From Octopus bimaculoides (taxonomy: Eukaryota): DNA of 45,101 bases. Position numbers and translations under genes: made by a program. The stretch is taken from positions 39,481,348-39,526,448 of the forward strand of contig NC_068982.1 in NCBI RefSeq assembly GCF_001194135.2. Direction: 5' to 3'. Positions 34,593 through 45,101 of this stretch are shown here, piece by piece. The notes under the pieces are model-generated. The model worked only from the letters and a program-made list of their open reading frames with translations. It was not told the DNA's origin and searched no databases. Numbering within the stretch: the first letter of the stretch is position 1; every line of letters begins with the position of its first letter.

Positions 34593-36480
34593 ATGACTTT
34601 GAAATGTGGACAACTTATACTACTTCTATCTACATGCTTACAAAATAATATATCTAGATACGATCTGGTGCATTCGGAATGCACACTGGTGCATTCGGAA
34701 AATCCATTCGGTACCTGTCGGCCAACTGGGAGCGACTGAGCAGGTTTGTCAGACTTTTACTCCCACCTTCCCTATCAGCTAACCCCACCCTATCCAGGCG
34801 TGCTTCCAAGATAGCGTTCCAGTTACCCACTAACATTAAAGAGCGTGACGTCCCAAGGAAAACCTCCAACGTCTGGAGTAATCTGGCTGCTCTGCTGCCG
34901 TGGGGGTCATAAACAGCGATTAGTCTAAATGCACGGCCTTTACTGTCACTCACGACCAGGACCAACAATTTACCCTCCGGTCCAGGAAGATCGTTCGAAC
35001 TTCGAGGTCCAAGCCTCTCCAAAACAGTACTACACTCCACCTCCCATCCCAAGCCAGTTAAAAGATGCGTAGATCTCATAATCGTCGAAAATGGGTCCAA
35101 TATCGCGTGTGTCAGAAATCCTGGTCCCACTGGCTGTTATCACATCCAAACCTAGCGACCTGAGATCAATGAGCAAGCGATCTTGCTTCTAGCGTGACCT
35201 CAGGCGGCGAACATTTATGTAGCCCAATCTAATAATCGCCAAGACGGATCGAAAGGGTGGAAGAAAAGAAAAGAAGCGGAGCTACTTACCACCATGGAGC
35301 TGTTGGCCACCCGACGATGCGAGCTCCGCATATCGTCGTGGTCCCTCTAGTAAACCGGCTAAAGGCCTCTTCGTGGCACGGACATCTGGCCTTCCCACAT
35401 CGTGCGGGAAATCCCTCTGAATGTCTTTGTACACTTTGAGGGGTAGCCAAGTTAGCATTAAGTGATCCGGAACCCTAAAGGTACTGGTGTCAAAAGTTGC
35501 ACCCTCTCTCTCAATCTCCTGGTTTCTGGCTATGAGAGTCAGCAAATTTTTGTTGGTTCTCCTCATGAGCACGTTGGGTGTTTCTCTATTGGTTACTGTG
35601 AACTTTTTTTTTTGGGGGGGGGCTACATGTGGTTGTGAGTGCATTGGGGAATTTGGTTGTGGAGATAGTGGTGGTTGTGGGGATGGTGGTGGTTGTGGCG
35701 ATGGTGGTGCTGGTCTTGCTTTTGCTGTGTCTATGTTTGATGTGCTGGGGGTTGCTGTGTCTATGTTCGATATGCTGGGGTGTTGGTATAGGTTCATCTG
35801 ATTTCTTTTTCGTTGTCACTTACATTTTATTGCTTTGTAAAGTTGTTCCTCGTCTTCACTACGAGATGACGGAGAACTAGTGTCCATAGGATCTGCCTCG
35901 GGGAATGTGAGCGTATTTGTGTGAGAGGGGGAGTGGGGTGGCTGGTTTGAAAGATAACCTGAGTGGTTTTCTGCATATTATACGGTTCACGTGACTCTGT
36001 TGTCGTTGAAGATGAGACTACAGTTTTATTAAAAGGTCTCTGTTGCTGCTGTTGCTGTTGGGGATGCGATGTAAGCTGCAGGTGTGGCCGCATACATCCC
36101 AACTTTTGGGAGCTGAAGGCTCTCGGGTGGCTTGTGGTCCCGCAGATGTTACACCTGTGCTTCTTGCCTTCCCAAACATCACACAGTTCCATCCCGTTGG
36201 ACAGCTGGATCAGATCCGGAATGTTCTCAATATTCCTGGTTTTACATGGATTAATATTTCCAAGTTGATCCCGAAGCAGTTGTCCCTGCTTCACTTTTTT
36301 ACTTCCGGGAGTGACTCTGGGTCACACACAGTCGATAATCCACCAGACGTTTACACTCGGTGGCACACTCGTTACTCTAATTCTCGTCGTTCTCTTTTGA
36401 GAGATAGGTGGGATAAAGGAACCACTCCTCAGTCCACCGGGGTAACACTGCATGTCTTCGCGCGAGGTCCTCACTTTTAA
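34590..36480 (-). mobile_element. Tx1/L1-clade LINE: partial ORF1 plus ORF2 APE endonuclease, no RT
   Basis: ORF2 reads LGYINVRRLRSR*KQDRLLIDLRSLGLDV, GKLLVLVV..FRLIAVYDP, LMLVGNWNAILEARLDR (GDFN-equivalent), LADRYR and RSYLDI. ORF1 reads IPDLIQLSNGMEL..EGKKHRCNICGTTSH (degenerate CCHC knuckle), followed by Pro/Ser-rich repeats. Stops and frameshifts are present. Confidence 0.85.
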
Positions 36481-36486
36481 AGAGGA

Positions 36487-36822
36487 CCTCAAAATACAAA
36501 GCCCTGGAAATAGAGGTAACTCGAATGTGGAATCTAAAAACAGAAACAATTCCTATCATAGTAGGGGCCTTAGGTATAATAAAAAAATATTCAGACAAAT
36601 ACATAACAAAAACACCAGGACTTACAAATATATATAACATACAGAAAATTGCACTACTGGGCACTGCACACATCCTACGCAAAACACTTTCAATACAGTA
36701 ACCATAAGAGCATCACAGCAAACCACAGCACATACCCAAGGCACACAGAGCTGCGCTCGGTAGTGAAGTGAAAGCACGTTATAAAAATAAAACTACTGAA
36801 CAATAATAATAATAACAATAAT
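36487..36822 (+). mobile_element. R4/Dong-like LINE 3' end (5'-truncated) with (AAT)n junction
   Basis: Frame 36489-36701 reads SKYKALEIEVTRMWNLKTETIPIIVGALGIIKKYSDKYITKTPGLTNIYNIQKIALLGTAHILRKTLSIQ*. This is the typical C-terminus after a restriction-like endonuclease (KY..L..PIIVGALG..QK.ALLGTA.ILRK). A 3' UTR follows, then AAT repeats. Confidence 0.85.
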
Positions 36823-37009
36823 GGTTTCTAATTTTGCCATAAGGGTGGCAATTTTGGGGGAAGAGATGTGTCGGTTATATCGACCCCAGTGGTTCACTGG
36901 TATTTAATTTATCGACCCCGATAGGATGAAGGTAAAGTCGACCTCGACAGAATTTGAAATCACAACGTAAAGACTGGCGTGCTAACGATTCTGCCAGTTC
37001 GCCGCCTCA
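36823..37009 (-). mobile_element. SINE family B (small internal deletion in head)
   Basis: atcgaccccagtggttcactggtatttaatttatcgaccccgataggatgaaggtaaagtcgacctcgacagaatttgaa...gctaacgattctgccagttcgccgcct. Confidence 0.9.
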
Positions 37010-37075
<66 letters not shown>

Positions 37076-37076
37076 C
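37010..37076. repeat. (AAT)n microsatellite between two SINE B copies
   Basis: Perfect run of about 22 units. Confidence 0.95.
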
Positions 37077-37195
37077 CTTTCTGCTAACGGCATTTTGGGA
37101 GGTGGGATGGGCTAGTCGATTATATCGAGCCCAATAAGACAAAAAGTAAAAATCAATCTCGCTGGAATTTGAACTCTGAACGTAGTACCTCGGAA
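37076..37195 (-). mobile_element. SINE family B, degenerate/deleted
   Basis: aatcctttctgcta...gggctagtcgattatatcgagccc...ggaatttgaactctgaacg. Confidence 0.7.
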
Positions 37196-37821
37196 GAAAT
37201 AGCACAGAGCACTGACAATTGTTGCCTGTATTCAAAAATAATAAAACGAATGAATGAATGAATAAATAAATAAATAATTATTTTACTGCTTCAGTTAAGA
37301 TGCTATTTCTAAAATAATTCGCTACTTGAGGGACGCTACTACAGTGAAAATTCTGCTGATTGTCTCCCCTGAAAGTGATTTTTTTATTTTTTATAGCTAA
37401 TATTATTGTCGCATTTCCATAGATTATGCTAATTACACATAGAATTGTTCAATTATCATAGTGTAAAGATTTTCTCAAACGTATTATTGTTTATAGATTA
37501 CGAATTATTTCAAACCGAAAACTTAATTAGGCTAATATATCACCATATATCACGTACCACCATAATAAGAAGAAACAAAATTTTCTTATGATAACAGCAA
37601 ATTTATTCGCTGTTCAGTTGATATAACGATTAACAGTACATAACGGTTACTGATTTTGTATATGTTTTGGGAATGAGTCAGTGTAACTAAATACTGCAAC
37701 ATCCAGTGCCTTACTTAATATGTTATATATCATTTCTATTAACCAAACAAGGGAGAAAAAAGATGAAGACTAACAACAAAAAATATTTTTTTAAAAACGC
37801 ACTTACGCACGCACGTACGTT

Positions 37822-37863
<42 letters not shown>

Positions 37864-37900
37864 CATATATAGGTATATTATATAAGTATATGTATGTATG

Positions 37901-37952
<52 letters not shown>

Positions 37953-37954
37953 TA

Positions 37955-37985
<31 letters not shown>

Positions 37986-38340
37986 TAAAGTGTAGTATAT
38001 NNNNNNNNNNNNNNNNNNNNNNNNNNNNNNNNNNNNNNNNNNNNNNNNNNNNNNNNNNNNNNNNNNNNNNNNNNNNNNNNNNNNNNNNNNNNNNNNNNNN
38101 NNNNNNNNNNNNNNNNNNNNNNNNNNNNNNNNNNNNNNNNNNNNNNNNNNNNNNNNNNNNNNNNNNNNNNNNNNNNNNNNNNNNNNNNNNNNNNNNNNNN
38201 NNNNNNNNNNNNNNNNNNNNNNNNNNNNNNNNNNNNNNNNNNNNNNNNNNNNNNNNNNNNNNNNNNNNNNNNNNNNNNNNNNNNNNNNNNNNNNNNNNNN
38301 NNNNNNNNNNNNNNNNNNNNNNNNNNNNNNTACATATATA

Positions 38341-38390
38341 GGCGCAGGAGTGTCTGTGTGGTAAGTAACTTCCTTACCAACCACATGGTT
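38341..38390 (+). mobile_element. SINE family A head fragment
   Basis: ggcgcaggagtgtctgtgtggtaagtaacttccttaccaaccacatggtt, then runs into a microsatellite. Confidence 0.7.
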
Positions 38391-38499
38391 ATGTATATGT
38401 ATAGGTATATAAATATACGTGTGTGTGTGAATATATATATGTGTGTGCCGATATATATATCTGTGTGTGTGTGTGTATGTACTAAGTATGATACACGCA

Positions 38500-38657
38500 A
38501 AGCTACTTTCATTTAAGATCCCACCAATTGCGTATATAGTAGAAGACACAAAGGCTATATTAGAAGACACTTGACCAAGGTGTCACACTGCTGGACTGTA
38601 CTCGGAATCATGTGGTGCGGAAGCAAGCTCCTTTCTATGCTGCCATGTGTGCGCCTT
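38500..38657 (-). mobile_element. SINE family A, degenerate
   Basis: Reverse complement gcttgcttccgcaccacatgattccgagtacagtcc...caccttggtcaagtgtcttctaatatagcc. Confidence 0.75.
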
Positions 38658-38799
38658 AATACGTGTGTGTGCGTACGCGTATATGTATGAGTGTATATGT
38701 ACGCATGTATGCATGTATATATGTATGTGTGTGCATATAGATATATAAGTTACGAGGACGCAAACAAACCAGCATGGGACACATAAATTTGTGTATATA

Positions 38800-38966
38800 A
38801 TGAACTTCTTTCAATTTTCTCCTCTACCACGTCCATTCACAAGGCTTTGGTTAAACAGAGGTTATAGTAGAAGTTATTTGCATCAAAATGCCACGCAGTG
38901 GGATTGAACCCAAGGCCACATGGCTGGGAAACAAGCTTCTTAGCTACAAAACCACTCCCGCGCCTG
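38800..38966 (-). mobile_element. SINE family A, near full length
   Basis: Reverse complement aggcgcgggagtgg...aagcttgtttcccagccatgtgg...gggttcaatcccactgcgtggca...ccaaagccttgtgaatggac...gaaagaag. Confidence 0.82.
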
Positions 38967-39069
38967 TCTTTAATTCTATACATACGTTGTTACAGGTTAC
39001 AACACTAACATTTTATGAATTACAAATTTATATATTTATATATTATTTAGTACAGTACAACAGTGAAAT

Positions 39070-39436
39070 TGTTGGCACTCCGTCGCTTACGACGTCGAGG
39101 GTTCCAGTCGATCCGATCAACGGAACGGCCTGCTCTTGAAATTAACGTGCAAGTGGCTGAGCATTCCACAGACACGTGTACCCTTAACGTAGTTTTCGGG
39201 GATATTCAGCGTGACACAGTGTGACAAGGCTGACTCTTTGAAATACAGGTAAATAGAAATAGGAAGAAAGAGTGAGGGAAAGTTGTGGTGGTTCGCCACC
39301 ATCCCCTGCCGGAGCCTCGTGGAGCTTTAGGTGTTTTCGCTCAATAAACACTCACAACGCCTGGTCTAGGAATCGAAACCGCGATCCTATGAATCGCGAG
39401 TCCGCTGCCCTAACCACTGGGCCATTGCGCCTTCAC
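39070..39436 (-). mobile_element. SINE family C (tail type 2), full length with 13-bp TSD
   Basis: tRNA-like head gtgaaggcgcaatggcccagtggttagggcagcggactcgcg...ggtttcgattcc. It is flanked by the perfect direct repeat ACAACAGTGAAAT at 39057-39069 and 39437-39449. Confidence 0.93.
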
Positions 39437-39847
39437 ACAACAGTGAAATAAAACACTCAAAACGAATAAGTAATTAATTAATCAAATTATCTGCCATAAT
39501 ACATTGTAAATGCAAACTGTTCAACAGGAGATTCCAAAATAAAATTGAGACTTAATAATTTCTTTTTACTCTCCACAAAGACAATGTATATAACTAACTG
39601 CTTATATGTCTATACAAAAATAAACTTAAAGATCTTAAAAATCTGGCTAACAATTTATAGACATATTTTGTTATGCAATATAGCAAAATACTGCGAAAGC
39701 ACTAGTAATGCATACATACATACATACATACATGTATACGTATATGTATGTACGTGAGTGCACACACTGACACTTGCACATTTATTTGCGTATGTTTATG
39801 TTGTGAGTAGTTCCATAAATTCTTACTTCTACATTGTAATCTGTACT

Positions 39848-39906
<59 letters not shown>

Positions 39907-40767
39907 NNNNNNNNNNNNNNNNNNNNNNNNNNNNNNNNNNNNNNNNNNNNNNNNNNNNNNNNNNNNNNNNNNNNNNNNNNNNNNNNNNNNNNNNNNNNNN
40001 NNNNNNNNNNNNNNNNNNNNNNNNNNNNNNNNNNNNNNNNNNNNNNNNNNNNNNNNNNNNNNNNNNNNNNNNNNNNNNNNNNNNNNNNNNNNNNNNNNNN
40101 NNNNNNNNNNNNNNNNNNNNNNNNNNNNNNNNNNNNNNNNNNNNNNNNNNNNNNNNNNNNNNNNNNNNNNNNNNNNNNNNNNNNNNNNNNNNNNNNNNNN
40201 NNNNNNNNNNNNNNNNNNNNNNNNNNNNNNNNNNNNNNNNNNNNNNNNNNNNNNNNNNNNNNNNNNNNNNNNNNNNNNNNNNNNNNNNNNNNNNNNNNNN
40301 NNNNNNNNNNNNNNNNNNNNNNNNNNNNNNNNNNNNNNNNNNNNNNNNNNNNNNNNNNNNNNNNNNNNNNNNNNNNNNNNNNNNNNNNNNNNNNNNNNNN
40401 NNNNNNNNNNNNNNNNNNNNNNNNNNNNNNNNNNNNNNNNNNNNNNNNNNNNNNNNNNNNNNNNNNNNNNNNNNNNNNNNNNNNNNNNNNNNNNNNNNNN
40501 NNNNNNNNNNNNNNNNNNNNNNNNNNNNNNNNNNNNNNNNNNNNNNNNNNNNNNNNNNNNNNNNNNNNNNNNNNNNNNNNNNNNNNNNNNNNNNNNNNNN
40601 NNNNNNNNNNNNNNNNNNNNNNNNNNNNNNNNNNNNNNNNNNNNNNNNNNNNNNNNNNNNNNNNNNNNNNNNNNNNNNNNNNNNNNNNNNNNNNNNNNNN
40701 NNNNNNNNNNNNNNNNNNNNNNNNNNNNNNNNNNNNNNNNNNNNNNNNNNNNNNNNNNNNNNNNNNN

Positions 40768-40836
<69 letters not shown>

Positions 40837-41266
40837 GAATCAGTAATTTCGTGCAAACAAAATTAGTTCTATTTTATCAATGCTAAGAACTTTACTAGAT
40901 TTGCTTTGAAGTTAGGTTTTTGATAGATGCGCCATATTAACGGCTAATTTGTGTACTTCAAATACTTGCAAATTACCAACCATGTACGATTGAATGGAAA
41001 GTATGTTTTCGTATAATTAATTTATTGATGTAACATTGATGTATCTTCTTAATCCTCGACGACATCTTATTTATTAATAGTTATCAGATGTAGTCTGTCT
41101 ACATGAAAAAATAAAGTCTGATCATATTGAATCTAAAAAGAAAAAGAACAATATGTAGTCATGTAACTATGTATGCACGTACGTACGTACGTATCAATAC
41201 GTATATGTTGCATGCATGTATATGTGAAAATATACATGCATACATATATGTATATGTATGTGTGTT

Positions 41267-41312
<46 letters not shown>

Positions 41313-41382
41313 TGTATACATACCTTTATGTGTATATATATAAACTATGAATGTGCCTGAGTGTGTATATCTGTGTGTGTGT

Positions 41383-41438
41383 GTGTGCGTGTGTGTGTGT
41401 GTGTGTGAAAGAGAGAGGGAGCGTGTATGTGTGCGTGT

Positions 41439-41510
<72 letters not shown>
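41383..41510. repeat. (TG)n compound microsatellite
   Basis: Direct inspection of the sequence. Confidence 0.95.
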
Positions 41511-41512
<2 letters not shown>

Positions 41513-41514
41513 AA

Positions 41515-41550
41515 AGGCGCGTGTGGCCTTGTGGTTAAAGTGTTCAGCTT
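41515..41550 (+). mobile_element. Possible truncated tRNA-SINE head
   Basis: aggcgcgtgtggccttgtggttaaagtgttc is A-box-like, with no recognisable body after it. Confidence 0.3.
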
Positions 41551-42447
41551 TTTTGCTGACTGTTTTGAAAATGGTTTTCTTTTTTTGTATTTCCCATCTA
41601 TATCATTCATTGATATTTCATTCGCATTCACATTTGATACTATAGTGTCAAAAATACTAAAATGTTTATTATTTTTATTGATTAGAAAAGGATAAATATG
41701 TCTTTTTTTCAGCGATCCCCATTTTGAACTTTTCGGAAAATTTATATTTCCCAAATAATTCACATATGAAGAAAATTTAAGTTTTATATATTATTTTAAT
41801 TCCCAAGACACCTATCAAAGTCGAAAAATGTGAATAGAAAAATTTGGCAGTTAATGTGTTATTGTGAAAATGTTAAAATCTAGCGCAACAAACTTCGTAC
41901 AACACAAATTTCATTATAAAAATGCCTCTCTTTTTGTCAGGTAATACATGTATGAGATATAAACCCCAGCATGTTATGGAGACCACCATAATGCATAAGC
42001 AAACGACTTCGCATTTTAAATTGCTATTGATCATAAACTTTAAATGTAACGGACACAAATTATTTTGATCCTAAATACGAAACAATAGAAGCACACTCAC
42101 AAGCAGATTAATAAAATAAACCAGAAACATAATATGAATAAATGAATAAATAAATAAACCTCTACGAAACATCAGGTCACATGGTATCGACGTTCAACAA
42201 AAGCCACTCGATTCTCTTGTTCTTTTACTTCTCCAAATTCCATTTCAGTTAATAGCAGGTTATTTGTATGATATGCGCTTTCATCTCAATAGTTCTTGGT
42301 TCTTTTAATGGGTATCAACAATAAAAATTATTGAAAGTAGTCGATTCAACAATTTTCATTCTTTATTACTAAAGATATTTTCAAACGACACGCTTAACTC
42401 GATTCACATCTAGAAACAAACGTCCACACACGGAAACGCAAGCACGC

Positions 42448-42496
<49 letters not shown>

Positions 42497-42620
42497 ACAA
42501 ACACACATACACGCACATGCACACATACTCACGCACACACATACACAGACANNNNNNNNNNCACGCTTAACTCGATTCACATCTAGAAACAAACGTCCAC
42601 ACACGGAAACGCAAGCACGC

Positions 42621-42657
<37 letters not shown>

Positions 42658-43940
42658 CAAATCGTTTTTGAGTTGGCATTAACGCTTGAGTTATGCATTA
42701 ACGAGAGCATTTGACAGCGTATTTGGGGAGTCCACACAATTGTATTAGCTATTTTAGTATTATTTATTAAAGTCGATAAACACATATAAATCAGTTAAGC
42801 ATTTATATACTATTACATTGTTTGCAGGAGAGAACTCTGTTGATAACTGGTTTAATTTCTATGTTCGTCTATTTTCCAGTAGACATTTTGTGCGCGATCG
42901 GATTTTCTTCCAGTATAGGATTCAGCAATTTCTAAACATCGAAATCCAAAATATATTCTATACTTAATCTGTTATTGGATTAAAGGAAATATTTCAATAT
43001 TAACCGATGTTTTTATCGAAGCGATGCAGCACTTATTCAGAATTTCTCAAATTTATTATTAACGTTCTTAATGCCGTTCTGCTGGTTGTAAACAATTGTT
43101 ACACTTATGATTCTTTTGTAATCTTCTGCGCTCTTTATAATCAACCGTCGTTTTTAGTGGACAGGAGTGGTAGTTGAATGCTCAATCTACTGTATCGATA
43201 GATCATCTCATTGGTCTTCAATAATGAATAGTTAAATAACATTAAGATGTTACAGTCGGGCCCCAGGGAGAAAACACACAATAAATTGTCTATTAAATAA
43301 CTCTATATTCAACTTATATTCAATTGAATATTTCTAAATCATGTTTTATAATTAGGGGTGCGTCAATGATGGGTGGCGAACCACTCCAGGCGGCACTTTT
43401 AAGGTGGTGTAACACTTTTGGGTTATTGTATGAACCTGTATCGGCTTGGGGACCCGAGAAACAAAATCAAGGAATGTTCTGAGTGGCATATGCTGTAACT
43501 ACGCCATTGCTGCATATGTACCTAAAAACAATGAGCGAAAACGTCGGCTGGGTGTGTATGTATGTGTGTATATGTCTCTCTGAGTGTGTTTGTGTGAGTG
43601 TGTGTGTGGGTGTGTGTGTGGGTGTACATATATATTCATTTATAAACGACATGAACGTACTTTCAATCTCGATAAATTCAAAACGTTGTTGTCCTATTTC
43701 TCTTTTGCTCAATGTAATTTCAATAATTTATCGGAACTTTCGTTATATCATGCCCTACTTCGAAATAGCATTGCAGAGGAAAGTAAACATTCTCTATTTG
43801 GTTAGACAACCTTGTTGACAATTCTCCTTTACATACTGAAATAACGAATTATGTAGAGCACCGCATAGATATATTCTCATTCAACTGTCACCTGATTCAA
43901 TTATTTTATGAGTCTAATAAGTACCAGGTGTCTAATAGTG

Positions 43941-43976
<36 letters not shown>

Positions 43977-45101
43977 NNNNNNNNNNNNNNNNNNNNNNNN
44001 NNNNNNNNNNNNNNNNNNNNNNNNNNNNNNNNNNNNNNNNNNNNNNNNNNNNNNNNNNNNNNNNNNNNNNNNNNNNNNNNNNNNNNNNNNNNNNNNNNNN
44101 NNNNNNNNNNNNNNNNNNNNNNNNNNNNNNNNNNNNNNNNNNNNNNNNNNNNNNNNNNNNNNNNNNNNNNNNNNNNNNNNNNNNNNNNNNNNNNNNNNNN
44201 NNNNNNNGTGTGTGTGTGTGTGTGGTGCAAAATGTCTTAAATCTTTAAATCTTAGAGAAGTCCAGGTTGAGATTTAAAATTCAATCATGAAAATCAATGA
44301 ATTTGGGAAAATGTTGTTTACTATGGACGAAATGCTAAAATTGAAGAAGAAATACTGCCTGCTGTAGGCCAAAATAAATATTATCGAGTCTTTCACACAA
44401 ACATACACAAATACACCCGATCTTGCACATAGACTTGTAGACATACATAAATATGCAAATTCGCAGAAAAAAAAAAAGAAAGAAAATGGAAATAGAGGAA
44501 GGGAAAAAAATGGTGTCTCTTAGCTGGGTGATTTAAGACGATTACATCCTCGAAAGCCCAGCATTTAAGCCAAGATGCAAAAAAAAAAAAAAAATATTGA
44601 TGAAAAAAATATATCGCCAAAAAACGATAAGAACATACCAGTCAATATAGATTTATTTCGGTAAACCTTCAAACGCACACGACTAGAGATTACTGGTTTT
44701 GTGTTTATTTCAAAATAGACAGTGTTTTGAAATTCACCTGTATTTATTACAGAACACACCACTAACCCTTCCTACTCGCTCTCACCAATTATCTCTCATC
44801 ATCTTATAACCCATCTATCTCTAAACATCATGTGTTCGATGATTGCAGAACTGATATCTACCTATCTATCTATTGGTTTGATATATTTAAATGTGTATAC
44901 TTGCTTGTGATGTAGTTATTGTTATACCAAGGAATATGCATACGTAAACATACATTCATACATAGATAAATATGTGTGTGTTTGTGTGTTTGTGTGTATG
45001 CATACGTATATACAACTATTTCCCTTTCTCTCTCTGTCTCTCTCCACTTCTCTCTATTTCTCTCTCTCTCACTCGTTCTCTTTATATATATATATATATA
45101 T

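Noticed and set aside
34654-36294. Host genes (endonuclease or zinc-finger protein)
   Set aside because: ORF1/ORF2 order, in-frame stops and nested repeats identify a dead Tx1-like retrotransposon.
43355-43460. GC-richer patch (ccaggcggcacttttaagg) possibly from a MITE
   Set aside because: No terminal inverted repeats or second copy were found in the window.

Overview
This is AT-rich, microsatellite-dense animal genomic DNA from a gapped short-read assembly, with 10 N-gaps mostly flanked by (TA)n or (CA)n. It is most likely an octopus or other coleoid cephalopod. That is an inference from the SINE families I recall, the microsatellite load and the mollusc-type innexin. The only host protein-coding gene I can support is an innexin (gap-junction or hemichannel protein; ORF 5714-6955, +). 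Its channel body is uninterrupted, but its true N-terminus is probably spliced on at an acceptor ending at 5748. The rest is a mosaic of tRNA-derived SINEs (at least four families, my labels A, B, C and E), decayed non-LTR retrotransposons (R4/Dong-like, Tx1/L1-like, RTE-like, CR1/L2-group, Penelope-like) and simple repeats. Most other ORF-track entries are microsatellite or N-gap artefacts. The most interesting observations are: a possible split start codon (AT|G) for the innexin; an orphan NRF1 + RFX X-box + E-box motif cluster at about 33.0 kb; a hammerhead-ribozyme relic at the end of a Penelope-like fragment; trains of SINEs inside (AAT)n tracts; one SINE head joined to two different tails; and a nested retroelement pile at 34.3-37.2 kb with templated junction signatures. 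No database search or folding calculation was run. All family names come from motif recognition and need confirming.
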